Part shown: piece by piece, positions 1 to 13,562 of the stretch
Layout: every line of letters starts with the position of its first letter
How positions within the stretch are numbered: position 1 is the first letter of the stretch
Source: an uncultured Actinomycetes bacterium
GTDB taxonomy: Bacteria > Actinomycetota > Thermoleophilia > Gaiellales > Gaiellaceae
DNA length: 64,000 bases
Assembly (NCBI GenBank): GCA_963776375.1
Contig: CAVZMF010000005.1
Coordinates: 625,595-689,594 of the forward strand
Direction: 5' to 3'
Program-made: the position numbers and the translations under genes
Notes under the pieces: generated by a model
The model's input: the letters and a program-made list of their open reading frames with translations, nothing else
Told to the model about the DNA's origin: nothing
Databases searched by the model: none

Positions 1-249
1 TTGTCCAAGAGCGACGCGGGCAAAGCCGTCGAGGCGTTCCTCGACACCGTGCAGAAGGAACTCACGGGCGGCGGCCAGGTGAACTTCACCGGTTTCGGGA
101 AGTTCTCCGCGCAGCGCCGCGCGGCGCGCATGGGTGTGAACCCGCGCACGGGCGAGAAGGTTCAGATCCCGGCCGCGACGGTGCCGAAGTTCCAGGCAGG
201 AAGTGCCCTCAAGGCGGCTGTGAAGTCGGGCGGGGGCGCAAGCTACTAG
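1..249 (+). CDS. hup: HU/IHF-family nucleoid DNA-binding protein (5' end truncated by the window edge)
   Basis: The 82-aa translation contains the HU beta-arm signature GFGKFSAQRRAARMGVNPRTGEKVQIPAATVPKF. About 15 N-terminal residues of a typical HU are missing. Stop TAG at 247-249 is followed by a hairpin and T-run. Confidence 0.85.
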   Translation: MSKSDAGKAVEAFLDTVQKELTGGGQVNFTGFGKFSAQRRAARMGVNPRTGEKVQIPAATVPKFQAGSALKAAVKSGGGASY

Positions 250-272
250 GCGAGTCGGCAGCAAGGTGTTCC

Positions 273-306
273 GTCGGGGGCCGCACGAGCGGCCCTCGAC
301 GTTTTC
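273..306 (+). terminator. Intrinsic-terminator-like hairpin after hup
   Basis: gtcgggggccgc / acga / gcggccctcgac forms a 12-bp stem with one mismatch, followed by gttttc. Confidence 0.5.
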
Positions 307-518
307 TGGCAGTCGGTCGCCGTCGGCGCTACCCTTCGCGACCGTTGGTACGGGGTCGAGTCTGGCTGGTCGTCCTGCCGCTGCTGGCCGTGGGCAGCGA
401 GGCTGCGCGTGCGGTCCTCAACCCGCGGGCCTCCGCGGCCGATACACGTTGAGACGTCCGGCACGGCTCGTCCGTTGTCGATGGCTTCTGTAACGACGTT
501 GGTCGAGAGGAGATTCGA

Positions 519-2030
519 ATGCGCAGTGTGATCGGGACCGGAAGAGGTGGAGAGGGCCCGCGGGGCTCGGCGATATCCCGCGCTGTGGGCACGCTGGTCC
601 TGCTGGCGGGGATCGCGGCGGCGTTGGCCGCCCAGACCGCTCTCGCCTCGGGCGGCCCCACGATTCCCGCGCGGCATACGGGTGGCTACGTCCGCGCGCA
701 CGGAAGCGTTGTCTCGCCGTACGCGTCCCCCAACGATCTCGAATATCACGGCGGGCCGGTCATGCGGGTCAACAAGACCTACGCGATCTATTGGCAGCCT
801 GCGGGCTACTCGTTCAGTGCCAACTACAAGACGCTGATCGACCGCTACTTCCAGGACGTCGCGGCCGCGAGCGGCGCGACCTCGAACGTCTACTCGGTAG
901 AGACGCAGTACTACGACACGACAGGGCCGATCGCGTATTCGTCCACGTTCGGCGGCTCGGTCACCGACACGACTCCGTTCCCCGTGAACGCCTACCAGTC
1001 GTGCGGTGGGCCGTCCAAATGCCTCAGCGACGCTCAGCTGCAGTCGGAGATCCAGTCGGTGATCTCGAAGCAGGGCTGGACGAAGAACCTGACGAAGCAG
1101 TTCTTTCTGTTCACACCGAACAACGTCGGGAGCTGTGACTCTCCGGGGTCGTGCACCTACACGGTGTTCTGCGCGTACCACGGGTACGGCTCCGGGAACC
1201 TGATCTACGCAAATCAGCCGTACGCGGCCTACTCCGGAGGCTGCCGGACCGGTCAGCGGCCCAACGGGGACCCAGCCGACGACACGATCAACGTGACGAG
1301 CCACGAGCACCGAGAGGCGATCAACGACGAGCAGCTGAACGCCTGGTACGACAATTCGTCGGGTAACGAAGGCTCCGATCTCTGCGCCTGGAACTTCGGC
1401 ACGCCCCTCGGCGGGGCCTCGGGCGCCCAGTTCAACCAGGTCATCAACGGAAACAACTACTACCTCCAGCAGGAGTGGTCGAACGACGGGTCGAAGTGCC
1501 TGCTCCAGTACGGTTCGAGCGGTGGCTCGGCTCCGACCGTGACGTCGTTCACGCCGACGAGCGGGCCGGTCGGGACGAGCGTCACCATCACCGGTACGAA
1601 CTTCACAGGCGTGACCGCCGTCAAGTTCAACACCACGGCGGCAACGTCGTACACGGTCAACTCGTCGACGAAGATCACCGCCGCCGTGCCCTCGGGCGCG
1701 ACGAATGGCCCGATCTCGGTGTCGAACGGCAACGGGACGGGGACGAGCTCGAGCTCGTTCTCGGTCACCGGCGGCGGCGGCGGAGGCGCGCCGACGATCA
1801 CGAGCTTCTCGCCGAGCTACGGGTTCACGGGGACGAGGGTCACGATCAACGGCTCGAACTTCACCGGAGCGACCTCCGTCAAGCTCGGCACCGTGTCTGC
1901 GGGCTTCACGGTCACCTCGGCGACCCGCATCTCGGCCACCGTGCCGGCGATGAGCCGGGGAACCTACAAGTGGTCGGTGACGACGCCGGGCGGGACGGCG
2001 ACGAGCACCGGCAGCTTCTTCCACTTCTAG
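519..2030 (+). CDS. Secreted protein: PHI-1/EXORDIUM-like N-terminal domain plus two C-terminal IPT/TIG repeats
   Basis: 503-aa ORF with SD gagaggag 6 nt upstream of ATG 519 and a signal-like segment LVLLAGIAAALAAQTALA. Motifs YHGGPVM..YAIYW, CAYHGYG, PNGDPADD and CAWNFG resemble the Phi_1 family (judged by eye). Two ~80-aa repeats match TSFxPxSGxxGTxVTIxGxNFTG..V (IPT/TIG-like). Confidence 0.7.
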   Translation: MRSVIGTGRGGEGPRGSAISRAVGTLVLLAGIAAALAAQTALASGGPTIPARHTGGYVRAHGSVVSPYASPNDLEYHGGPVMRVNKTYAIYWQPAGYSFSANYKTLIDRYFQDVAAASGATSNVYSVETQYYDTTGPIAYSSTFGGSVTDTTPFPVNAYQSCGGPSKCLSDAQLQSEIQSVISKQGWTKNLTKQFFLFTPNNVGSCDSPGSCTYTVFCAYHGYGSGNLIYANQPYAAYSGGCRTGQRPNGDPADDTINVTSHEHREAINDEQLNAWYDNSSGNEGSDLCAWNFGTPLGGASGAQFNQVINGNNYYLQQEWSNDGSKCLLQYGSSGGSAPTVTSFTPTSGPVGTSVTITGTNFTGVTAVKFNTTAATSYTVNSSTKITAAVPSGATNGPISVSNGNGTGTSSSSFSVTGGGGGGAPTITSFSPSYGFTGTRVTINGSNFTGATSVKLGTVSAGFTVTSATRISATVPAMSRGTYKWSVTTPGGTATSTGSFFHF

Positions 2031-2053
2031 CGCCCGCCCACGGCGAGCGTCAC

Positions 2054-2083
2054 GCGAGAGGGGCCTCCGGGCCCCTCTCGCTT
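2054..2083 (+). terminator. Intrinsic-terminator-like hairpin
   Basis: Perfect 12-bp stem gcgagaggggcc / tccg / ggcccctctcgc followed by tt, 24 nt after the stop at 2030. Confidence 0.55.
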
Positions 2084-2126
2084 CGGTCCGGGTGGCCCGC
2101 AGGCCCACTCGCTAGGCTGTTCCGCG

Positions 2127-3044
2127 ATGCACGCCGAGGCAGCGGTGGCGACCCGGACGTTCGCCGACAGGCTCGCTGCTGCCGTCGTCGAGCGGCGCAG
2201 CCAGCTCGTCCTCGGGCTCGACCCTCAGCTCGACCTGCTTCCGGTCGAGCTCCGCGGCGACGCGCATACGGGGCGGGAAGCCGCCGCGACCGCGTTCTCG
2301 CGCTTCTGCCGGGGCCTGGTCGACGCCGCCCGCCCGTACGTGGTCGCCGTCAAGCCGCAGAGCGCGTTCTTCGAGGTGCTCGGTGCCGACGGCATGCGTG
2401 CCTTTGAGGACGTCTGCGCCTATGCCCGCACCGCAGGGCTCCTCGTGATCGCGGACGCCAAGCGCGGCGACATCGGGTCGACGGCCCGCGCTTACGCGAG
2501 CGCGTACCTCGAGCCGCGTGACGGTGATCTGCCTCTCGCCGACGCCCTCACCGTCAACGGGTACCTCGGCCGCGACTCGCTCGAGCCGTTCGCCGCCGAG
2601 TGCCGGCGGCACGGCGGCGGCATCTTCTGCCTCGTGAAGACGTCGAACCGCGGCGGCGCGGACGTGCAGGACCTCGAGCTCACGGACGGCACGCTCGTCT
2701 GGCACCAGGTGGCCATGCTCGTCGCGGAGCTGGCGGCGGAGAGCGTCGGCGATTGTGGGCTGTCCAGCATCGGCGCGGTCGTCGGCGCCACGTTCCCGCG
2801 GGCGGTCACCGAGGCGCGGCGGCTGCTGCCGCAGTCGATCCTGCTGCTGCCGGGCGTCGGCGCGCAGGGTGCGACGCCGGCGGACGTCGCCCGAGCATTC
2901 ACCAGCGGGCCGGCCAGCGCGCTCGTTGCCGTCTCGCGCTCGATCAACTACGCGTTCCGCTCGGGCGACTCCGACTGGCGCACCGCCGCCGCCGCCGAGG
3001 CCGCGAGGCTGCGCGACGAGATCTGGAGAGCCTCGGGCTGGTGA
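2127..3044 (+). CDS. pyrF: Orotidine 5'-phosphate decarboxylase (type 2)
   Basis: 305 aa with motifs LVLGLDP, KPQSAFFE and LVIADAKRGDIGSTA typical of long-form PyrF. Confidence 0.9.
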   Translation: MHAEAAVATRTFADRLAAAVVERRSQLVLGLDPQLDLLPVELRGDAHTGREAAATAFSRFCRGLVDAARPYVVAVKPQSAFFEVLGADGMRAFEDVCAYARTAGLLVIADAKRGDIGSTARAYASAYLEPRDGDLPLADALTVNGYLGRDSLEPFAAECRRHGGGIFCLVKTSNRGGADVQDLELTDGTLVWHQVAMLVAELAAESVGDCGLSSIGAVVGATFPRAVTEARRLLPQSILLLPGVGAQGATPADVARAFTSGPASALVAVSRSINYAFRSGDSDWRTAAAAEAARLRDEIWRASGW

Positions 3045-4159
3045 GCCGGAAGAGCCGCGTAGCCGTCGCCGTCGCGGCTGCGCTCGTGCTCGGGTCGTCC
3101 GCGCTCGCCGCCCCTCGCGTCGGCGGGCGCGCCTACCTGGTCGTGAGCGCGAGCGGCGACACGCTGCTCCAGCGGGCCGCCGACGAGCGCGTCCCGATCG
3201 CGAGCATCACGAAGCTGATGACCGTACTCGTCACGCGCGAGCACGCGAAGCTCGGCGACGTCGTCACGATCCGGCGCCAGGCGGCCGAGGTCGGCGAGTC
3301 GTCGGCCGAGTTGCGCACCGGCGAGCGGCTGACCGTCGGGGAGCTGATCGAGGCGGCGCTGATCCAGAGCGCGAACGACGCCGCCGTCGCCCTCGCCCAG
3401 CACGTCGGCCACGGCAGCGTCCCCGCCTTCGTGGCGATGATGAACGCGAAGGCGCGCGCTCTCGGGCTCAGGCACACGCACTTCGAGAATCCGGACGGCC
3501 TCGACGCCGACGGCCACTACTCGAGCGCGCGCGACGTAACGAAGCTGGCCGAGATCGTCATGCACGACCGCTTCGTGCGCTCGGTCGTCCGCAAGCGCGT
3601 GGCGCACATCACCGGTCGGGAGCTGCACACGTGGAACGACCTGCTGGGCAGGTTCCCGGGCCTGATCGGCGTCAAGACCGGCCACACGAGCGAGGCCGGG
3701 TGGGGGGAGGTCGCAGCCGCGCAGGGCAACGGCGTGACGATCTACGCGACCCTCCTCGGCGAGCCGAGCCGGCCCAAGCGCAACGACGATCTCGCGCAGC
3801 TCCTCGCCTGGGGCCTCGCGCAGTACCGGGTCGTCCCCGTCGTCTCGGCCGACCGGGTCTACGGCACGGCGCAGGTGCCGTGGGGCAAGAAGCCGCTCGG
3901 GCTCGTCGCCGCGCGCCAGGTCGTTCACGTGGCCCGCCTGGGCCGCGCGATGACGGAGCGCGTGGTCACGCCCGACGTCGTGTCCCTCCCTGTTCGCAAG
4001 GGACAGCAGCTCGGACAGGTCCGCGTCTACGACCGCGGCAAGCTCGTCGCCCGCGTGCCACTCGTTGCAGACCGCACGATCAACCGGCCGGGTACTCTCG
4101 GGCGCATAGGCTGGTATGCGGGTAGGACGCTCGACCACATCTGGGGCTGGATCAGCTAG
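3041..4159 (+). CDS. D-alanyl-D-alanine carboxypeptidase (serine peptidase S11, PBP5/DacB-like)
   Basis: GTG 3041 overlaps the pyrF stop (GTGA). Signal-like N-terminus VAVAAALVLGSSALAAP. Active-site motifs SITK (SxxK), SAND (SxN) and KTGHT (KTG) are present. Confidence 0.85.
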   Translation: MSRKSRVAVAVAAALVLGSSALAAPRVGGRAYLVVSASGDTLLQRAADERVPIASITKLMTVLVTREHAKLGDVVTIRRQAAEVGESSAELRTGERLTVGELIEAALIQSANDAAVALAQHVGHGSVPAFVAMMNAKARALGLRHTHFENPDGLDADGHYSSARDVTKLAEIVMHDRFVRSVVRKRVAHITGRELHTWNDLLGRFPGLIGVKTGHTSEAGWGEVAAAQGNGVTIYATLLGEPSRPKRNDDLAQLLAWGLAQYRVVPVVSADRVYGTAQVPWGKKPLGLVAARQVVHVARLGRAMTERVVTPDVVSLPVRKGQQLGQVRVYDRGKLVARVPLVADRTINRPGTLGRIGWYAGRTLDHIWGWIS

Positions 4160-4180
4160 CGAGACCTGGAGGCCATCGGC

Positions 4181-8913
<4,733 letters not shown>

Positions 8914-8921
<8 letters not shown>

Positions 8922-10057
8922 GCGAGCTCGGGGGATGTCGTCGGGCCCGGCGAGGGCGCCGGAGAATCCGCCGGGTAGGCGGGATCGGCGGAGCCGCAGC
9001 GGCCATGACCTCGGTCGGCACAGTGGCCGCCGGGTAGCGCGCTCGCACGGCGTCGACGAACGCCGCGAGCTGGTCTGCCAGCTCCGCGTCCTGGATCTCG
9101 ATCATGTCCTCGGCGTTGTGCTCGCCGGAGCGCGAGAGGTTGAACGACCCGCAGAAGACGACGTCGTCGGCGACGGTGACCTTCGCGTGCATGTAGTCGT
9201 GGACGCTCGTCGGCGTGTACGGCGTCGAGCGCTTGCCCGAGAACGGCGCGCGCGACAGCACTGCCTGCAGCAGCGGGATCTTCCAGGCCGTGACGCCGTT
9301 CGTCCGCCACTGGTAGAAGACCTCCTCGATCTGCGTCTGGTCGACGCAGCCGGCGAGGTCGACCTTCCCTTCCGACGCGATCTGCGAGAGCGTGCCCAGG
9401 ATCGGCGCGGACGTGAGCACCGGCGAGCAGATCCGGATCCGCCGCCGGGCCCGTCCGCACGCCTTGGCGATGCGGTGCGCGAGCGCGTCGCCGAACCCCG
9501 GGCAGAACCAGGCTCGCACCTTGGTCGCCGTCCACGTGCGCCGTCCGCGGCTCGACGAAGCCGCTCTTCATCACGTCCTGCTTCGCCCACAGCTCCTCGA
9601 ACGCGAGCGTGTACGAGGTCGCGACCTCCGGCGAGTCGATCGTCACGATCACGTTCTCCTCGCGCGACCACGACTCGTCGGTCCAGTTGGTCGAGCCGGT
9701 CCAGACCGAGGCCCGGTCGCGGACGACGAACTTGTGGTGCATCAGATCGGGGACTCCGGGCACCGCGCGCGTCGGCACGCTGAGCCGCGCGATGTCCTCG
9801 GGCCGGGCCTTCGGCGGCGGCGGCACCGGGATCGGCGAGCGGAAGTCGACGTTGTACGCGAGCCGGACGGCGACGCCGCGCTGGGCCGCGCCCTCGATCG
9901 CGCCGATCACGACGTCCTCCAGTCCCGGGCCCGAGGTCGAGGTCGTAGAGCGCGATGTCGAGGCTCTGTCTGCGCTTTCCCGAGGTAGTCGGCGACGCAC
10001 GTGCGCGATGTCGAGCGGCTGCTGGCCGCCGTCGGTGAGCGTCCGGGCTGCGATCAT
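8914..10057 (-). pseudogene. Phospholipase D-like (HKD) domain protein interrupted by at least 4 single-base frameshifts
   Basis: The two HKD-type halves lie in different frames: [20 protein letters not shown] and HAKVTVADDVVFCGSFNLS. The N-terminal pieces [23 protein letters not shown] and [17 protein letters not shown] lie in three successive +1 frames between 9917 and 10003. A further +1 shift lies near 9521-9527. Confidence 0.6.
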
Positions 10058-10066
10058 GCCGGGATC

Positions 10067-10693
10067 ATGGACTTTGCAGAGGTCATGCGGCACCGGAAGA
10101 TGGTGCGGAACTACACGGACGAGCCGGTGGCCGCGCGAGGCGGTCGAGCGCATCGTCGGCTGCGGCCGCAGGGCGCCGAGCGGCGGCTTCAGCCAGGGCG
10201 TCCGCTTCGTCGTCGTCGAGGAGCCGGGGACGCGCGCCCGCATCGCCGAGCTGGCGGACGAGCCCGAGTACGTGAAGATCGGCTTCGAGCCGTGGATCTC
10301 CCGCGCGCCGGTACACATCGTCGTCGCGATGCGCGAGGACGACTACCACGACCGCTACACCCAGCCGGACAAGCTCGACGAGGACGGCGAGGAGATCGAG
10401 TGGCGCGTCCCCTGGTGGTGGGTCGACGCCGGCAAGGCGATGATGCTGCTGCTGCTCGCGGCGGTCGACGAGGGACTGCGGCGCGGGCCTGTTCGGGCTC
10501 GTCGGCGACAAGAACGACGGGCTGCGCGAGCTGCTCGGGATCCCGGAAGACTTCGAGATCGTCGGCGTCGTCACCGTCGGCCACCCGGCGCCGGAGCCGA
10601 GGACGCCGAGCGGCGCAAGGAGGCGATCCGCAGCCGTCGCCGTCCGCTCGAAGAGGTCGTCCGCTGGGAACGCTACGGACGCCTCCCCGCTGA
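10067..10693 (+). pseudogene. Nitroreductase-family protein interrupted by at least 3 frameshifts; 3' end uncertain
   Basis: Pieces lie in different frames: [21 protein letters not shown] | [30 protein letters not shown]...[22 protein letters not shown] | [40 protein letters not shown] | [26 protein letters not shown]. Junctions are near 10128, 10489 and 10599. Confidence 0.6.
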
Positions 10694-10712
10694 CCGGGGC
10701 TGCCCCGGTCAG
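10690..10712 (+). terminator. Perfect 11-bp hairpin at the nitroreductase 3' end
   Basis: ctgaccggggc t gccccggtcag. No T-run follows. Confidence 0.4.
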
Positions 10713-10785
10713 CTGCCGAGCGTAGGTAGAGCGGCTCGCGGCCGCCCGGATCGGCGACACCTTCAACCAGTACCGCCGCTCCTCC

Positions 10786-11259
10786 GTGCGGCGAGAACGG
10801 CTGGCGGCGTACCTCGAGCGCGCGCGAGACGCTCCGATCGTCCTCGTCGGCGAGGCAGCCGGCTACCGGGGCGCCCGCATCTCCGGTCTGCCGTTCACGT
10901 CCGAACGGCAGCTGACCGGAACGGGCCCTGCGGAGGCGACGGCGACGATCGTCCACCGCGTGCTGGCCGAGCTCGGGCTCGAGGAGCACGTGCTGCTCTG
11001 GAACGTCGTCCCCACGCATCCCGGAACGTTCTCGTCCAACCGCAGGCCGACCCGCGCGGAGGTCGAGCAAAGCTTGCCCTTCCTCGAGGAGTTGGCCGCC
11101 CGGCGCCGCGCGATCGCGGTCGGCCGCGTGGCGCACGCCGTTCTCGGGGGCCCGTACGTCCGCCACCCGTCTCACGGCGGCGCAAGCGACTTTCGTGCCG
11201 GTTTGGCTACACTTCTCCTTCGGCGGACGCCTGGTCCGCCGCTTTTACGTCTGACATGA
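10786..11259 (+). CDS. Uracil-DNA glycosylase superfamily protein (UDG-like)
   Basis: 157 aa. [21 protein letters not shown] (motif A-like) and VRHPSHGG (motif B-like). Family-like sequence (DTFNQYRRS) continues upstream to 10726 with no start codon. The stop overlaps the rplM ATG (ATGA). Confidence 0.6.
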   Translation: MRRERLAAYLERARDAPIVLVGEAAGYRGARISGLPFTSERQLTGTGPAEATATIVHRVLAELGLEEHVLLWNVVPTHPGTFSSNRRPTRAEVEQSLPFLEELAARRRAIAVGRVAHAVLGGPYVRHPSHGGASDFRAGLATLLLRRTPGPPLLRLT

Positions 11260-11699
11260 AGACCTGGAACGCGAAACCCGGCGAGATCGAGCGCGAGTGG
11301 CAGCTCGTGGACGCCGAGGGGCAGACCCTCGGGCGCCTCGCGACCCGCATCGCCGACACGCTGCGCGGCAAGGACAAGCCGCAGTACACGCCGCACGTCG
11401 ACACCGGCGACTACGTCGTCGTCGTCAACGCCGAGAAGGTGGCGGTCACGGGCAAGAAGCTCGACGACAAGCTCTACCACCGGCATTCGGGCTATCCGGG
11501 CGGCCTGCGCAGCCGCACGCTGCGCGAGCAGCTCGAGCGGCGGCCGGAGGAGGTCATCCGCAAGGCCGTCAAGGGCATGCTGCCCCGCAACCGGCTCAGC
11601 CGTGCGCAGCTGCGCAAGCTGAAGATCTACGCCGGCCCCGAGCATCCGCACGAGGCCCAGGCACCGAAGGAGATGAAGATCGATAATTGTCGTAGACTG
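11256..11699 (+). CDS. rplM: 50S ribosomal protein L13 (no in-frame stop before rpsI)
   Basis: [30 protein letters not shown]...[15 protein letters not shown]...[20 protein letters not shown] aligns end to end with bacterial L13. The frame then continues DNCRRL directly into the rpsI ATG. Confidence 0.9.
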
Positions 11700-12095
11700 A
11701 TGGCAGAGCAGGCGACCTACCAGGGCACGGGCAAGCGGAAGACCTCCGTCGCCCGCGTCATCCTCAGGCCCGGCGACGGCACGTGGTGGATCAACGGGCG
11801 CACGCTCGACGAGTACTTTCCGCGGCTCGTCCATCGGACGCAGGTGCAGGCCCCGCTCAAGGTCGCCGGCGCCGAGGGCACGTACGACGTCCGCATCCGC
11901 CTCCACGGAGGCGGCCCGAGCGGGCAGGCCGGCGCGGCGCGGCACGGCATCGCCCGCGCGCTCGTCGAGGCCGATCCCGAGCTGCGCGTGCCGCTCAAGC
12001 GCGAGGGCTTCCTGGCCCGCGACTCCCGCGCAGTCGAGCGGAAGAAGGCCGGCCTGAAGAAGGCGCGCAAAGCGCCGCAGTGGGCGAAGCGTTAG
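11700..12095 (+). CDS. rpsI: 30S ribosomal protein S9
   Basis: 131 aa. [37 protein letters not shown] and C-terminal [12 protein letters not shown]. Confidence 0.95.
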   Translation: MAEQATYQGTGKRKTSVARVILRPGDGTWWINGRTLDEYFPRLVHRTQVQAPLKVAGAEGTYDVRIRLHGGGPSGQAGAARHGIARALVEADPELRVPLKREGFLARDSRAVERKKAGLKKARKAPQWAKR

Positions 12096-12211
12096 CACGG
12101 GGAAGCAGCCGGTTTCCCCTGTGTGCCCCCTTCCCTTCGTGGGCGCCTCGACGGCGACTCGAGCTACGCGCCGGTCAGGCCGGCGCTTCGCCGCGGCTCG
12201 TAGCGCGTGGC
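12093..12211 (+). repeat. Copy A of a ~110-bp two-hairpin intergenic element (second copy at 40414-40523)
   Basis: It starts at the rpsI stop: TAGcac ggggaag-cagccgg-tttcccc ... ccccttcccttcgtgggcgc ... gagctacgcgccggtcaggccggcg ... gcgtggcg. About 70-75% identical by eye to copy B. The first hairpin shows compensatory stem changes. Confidence 0.5.
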
Positions 12212-12287
12212 GGCGGCAGCCGCGTTCGCGCTGCAACCTGCCGCTAGACGCCTGAGCCCGATGCAGGACGGCCTATCGTTGTCCGGC

Positions 12288-13562
12288 ATGGCCGGAAAGC
12301 GCCGGTATTTCGGCACCGACGGGGTGCGAGGCATCGTGGGGCGTGACCTCACGCCCGCGTTCGTGGAGCGGCTCGGCCGGGCCGCGACGCTGTGGCGCGG
12401 CGGCGGGGCCGTCCTGATCGGCCGCGACACGCGCGCGTCGGGACGCGAGCTCGAACGGGCGTTCGCCTCGGGCGTCGCCTCCGCGGGTGGGAACGCGATG
12501 CTCGCCGGCGTGCTGCCGACCCCGGCGGTCGCGCTACTCGCGCTCGACCTCGGCGCGGTCATCTCCGCCTCGCACAACCCGCCCGAGTACAACGGCGTGA
12601 AGCTGTTCGACGGCGATGGGCAGAAGCTCACCGACGAGGCCGAGGAGCAGATCGAGCGGCTGCTCGGCGAGGCGCCGCGCAACGCGGAGCTGGGGGAGAT
12701 CGACAACCTCGAGGTCGCCGTCGGCAGCTACCGCGACCATGTGACCGCCCGCTTCGGCAGCGACCTCGACGGGCTGCACATCGGCGTCGACTGCGCCAAC
12801 GGCGCCTACTCCGGCATCGCGCCAAACGCGTTCCGGAACCTCGGGGCGCAGGTGACGTCCATCGGCGACAAGCCGGACGGCGAGAACATCAACGTCGGCT
12901 GCGGCGCCACCGACCTGCGTGCTTTGCAGCAGCTCGTCACGAGCAGGGGGCTGGACTTCGGCGTCGCGTTCGACGGCGACGGCGACCGCATGCTCGCGGT
13001 CGACGAGCGGGGCGAGGTGGTCGACGGCGACCAGATCCTGGCAGTGCTCGCGCTCGATCTCGGCGTCGACCTCGTGGCCGTCACCGTCATGGCCAACCTC
13101 GGCCTGCACCGGCTACTCGCCGAGCACGGCATCCGCGTCGTCACGACCGCCGTCGGCGACCGCTACGTGCTCGAGGCGCTCCGCCGCGAGGGCGGCGTCC
13201 TCGGCGGCGAAGAGTCGGGCCACCTGATCTACCTCGAGGGCCACGTGACCGGCGACGGGCTCGTCGCCGCGCTGCTGCTCTGCCGCGCCGTCCAGGGCCG
13301 GACACTGTCCGAGGCGGTCGCCGTCATGCCGCGCTTCCCGCAGGTGAAGGAGAACGTGTCGACGGTGACGAAGGACCTCACCCCAGCGATCCTCGAGCGG
13401 GTCGAGGAGGTGAACGCCGAGCTCGACGGACGTGGACGTGTGCTCGTGCGGCCGAGCGGCACGGAACCGGTTGTCAGAGTCCTCGCAGAGGCCGAAGATG
13501 AGCAGGAAGCAGAAAAGCTCTGTGCTACCATCGCGGCGCTCGTGAGCACTGAGCTCGGTTGA
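12288..13562 (+). CDS. glmM: Phosphoglucosamine mutase
   Basis: MAGKRRYFGTDGVRG and the phosphoserine loop SASHNPPEYNGVKLF. Length and C-terminal RPSGTEP match GlmM. ATG 12288 is preferred over the ORF-track start at 12207. Confidence 0.93.
   Translation: MAGKRRYFGTDGVRGIVGRDLTPAFVERLGRAATLWRGGGAVLIGRDTRASGRELERAFASGVASAGGNAMLAGVLPTPAVALLALDLGAVISASHNPPEYNGVKLFDGDGQKLTDEAEEQIERLLGEAPRNAELGEIDNLEVAVGSYRDHVTARFGSDLDGLHIGVDCANGAYSGIAPNAFRNLGAQVTSIGDKPDGENINVGCGATDLRALQQLVTSRGLDFGVAFDGDGDRMLAVDERGEVVDGDQILAVLALDLGVDLVAVTVMANLGLHRLLAEHGIRVVTTAVGDRYVLEALRREGGVLGGEESGHLIYLEGHVTGDGLVAALLLCRAVQGRTLSEAVAVMPRFPQVKENVSTVTKDLTPAILERVEEVNAELDGRGRVLVRPSGTEPVVRVLAEAEDEQEAEKLCATIAALVSTELG

Noticed and set aside
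246-2108. Long antisense or alternative-frame ORFs opposite well-supported genes. Examples: 246-2108(-), 2948-5146(-), 5197-6705(-), 6721-7941(-), 14707-16098(-), 22661-24352(-), 24359-26071(-), 29382-30794(+), 38986-40419(-), 41913-43760(-), 48796-50688(+), 53287-55317(+), 56951-58615(-)
   Set aside because: Their translations are Arg/Pro/Gly/Ala-rich with no recognisable motifs. Each overlaps a gene with clear family signatures and high third-position GC on the other strand or frame. These are typical shadow ORFs of high-GC DNA.
9609-12095. 828-aa ORF spanning the PLD antisense strand, nitroreductase, UDG-like gene, rplM and rpsI
   Set aside because: It is open only because stop codons are rare at 70% GC. 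Only the internal nitroreductase segment and the last ~840 nt (rplM, rpsI) match real proteins, and the rest is out-of-frame read-through.
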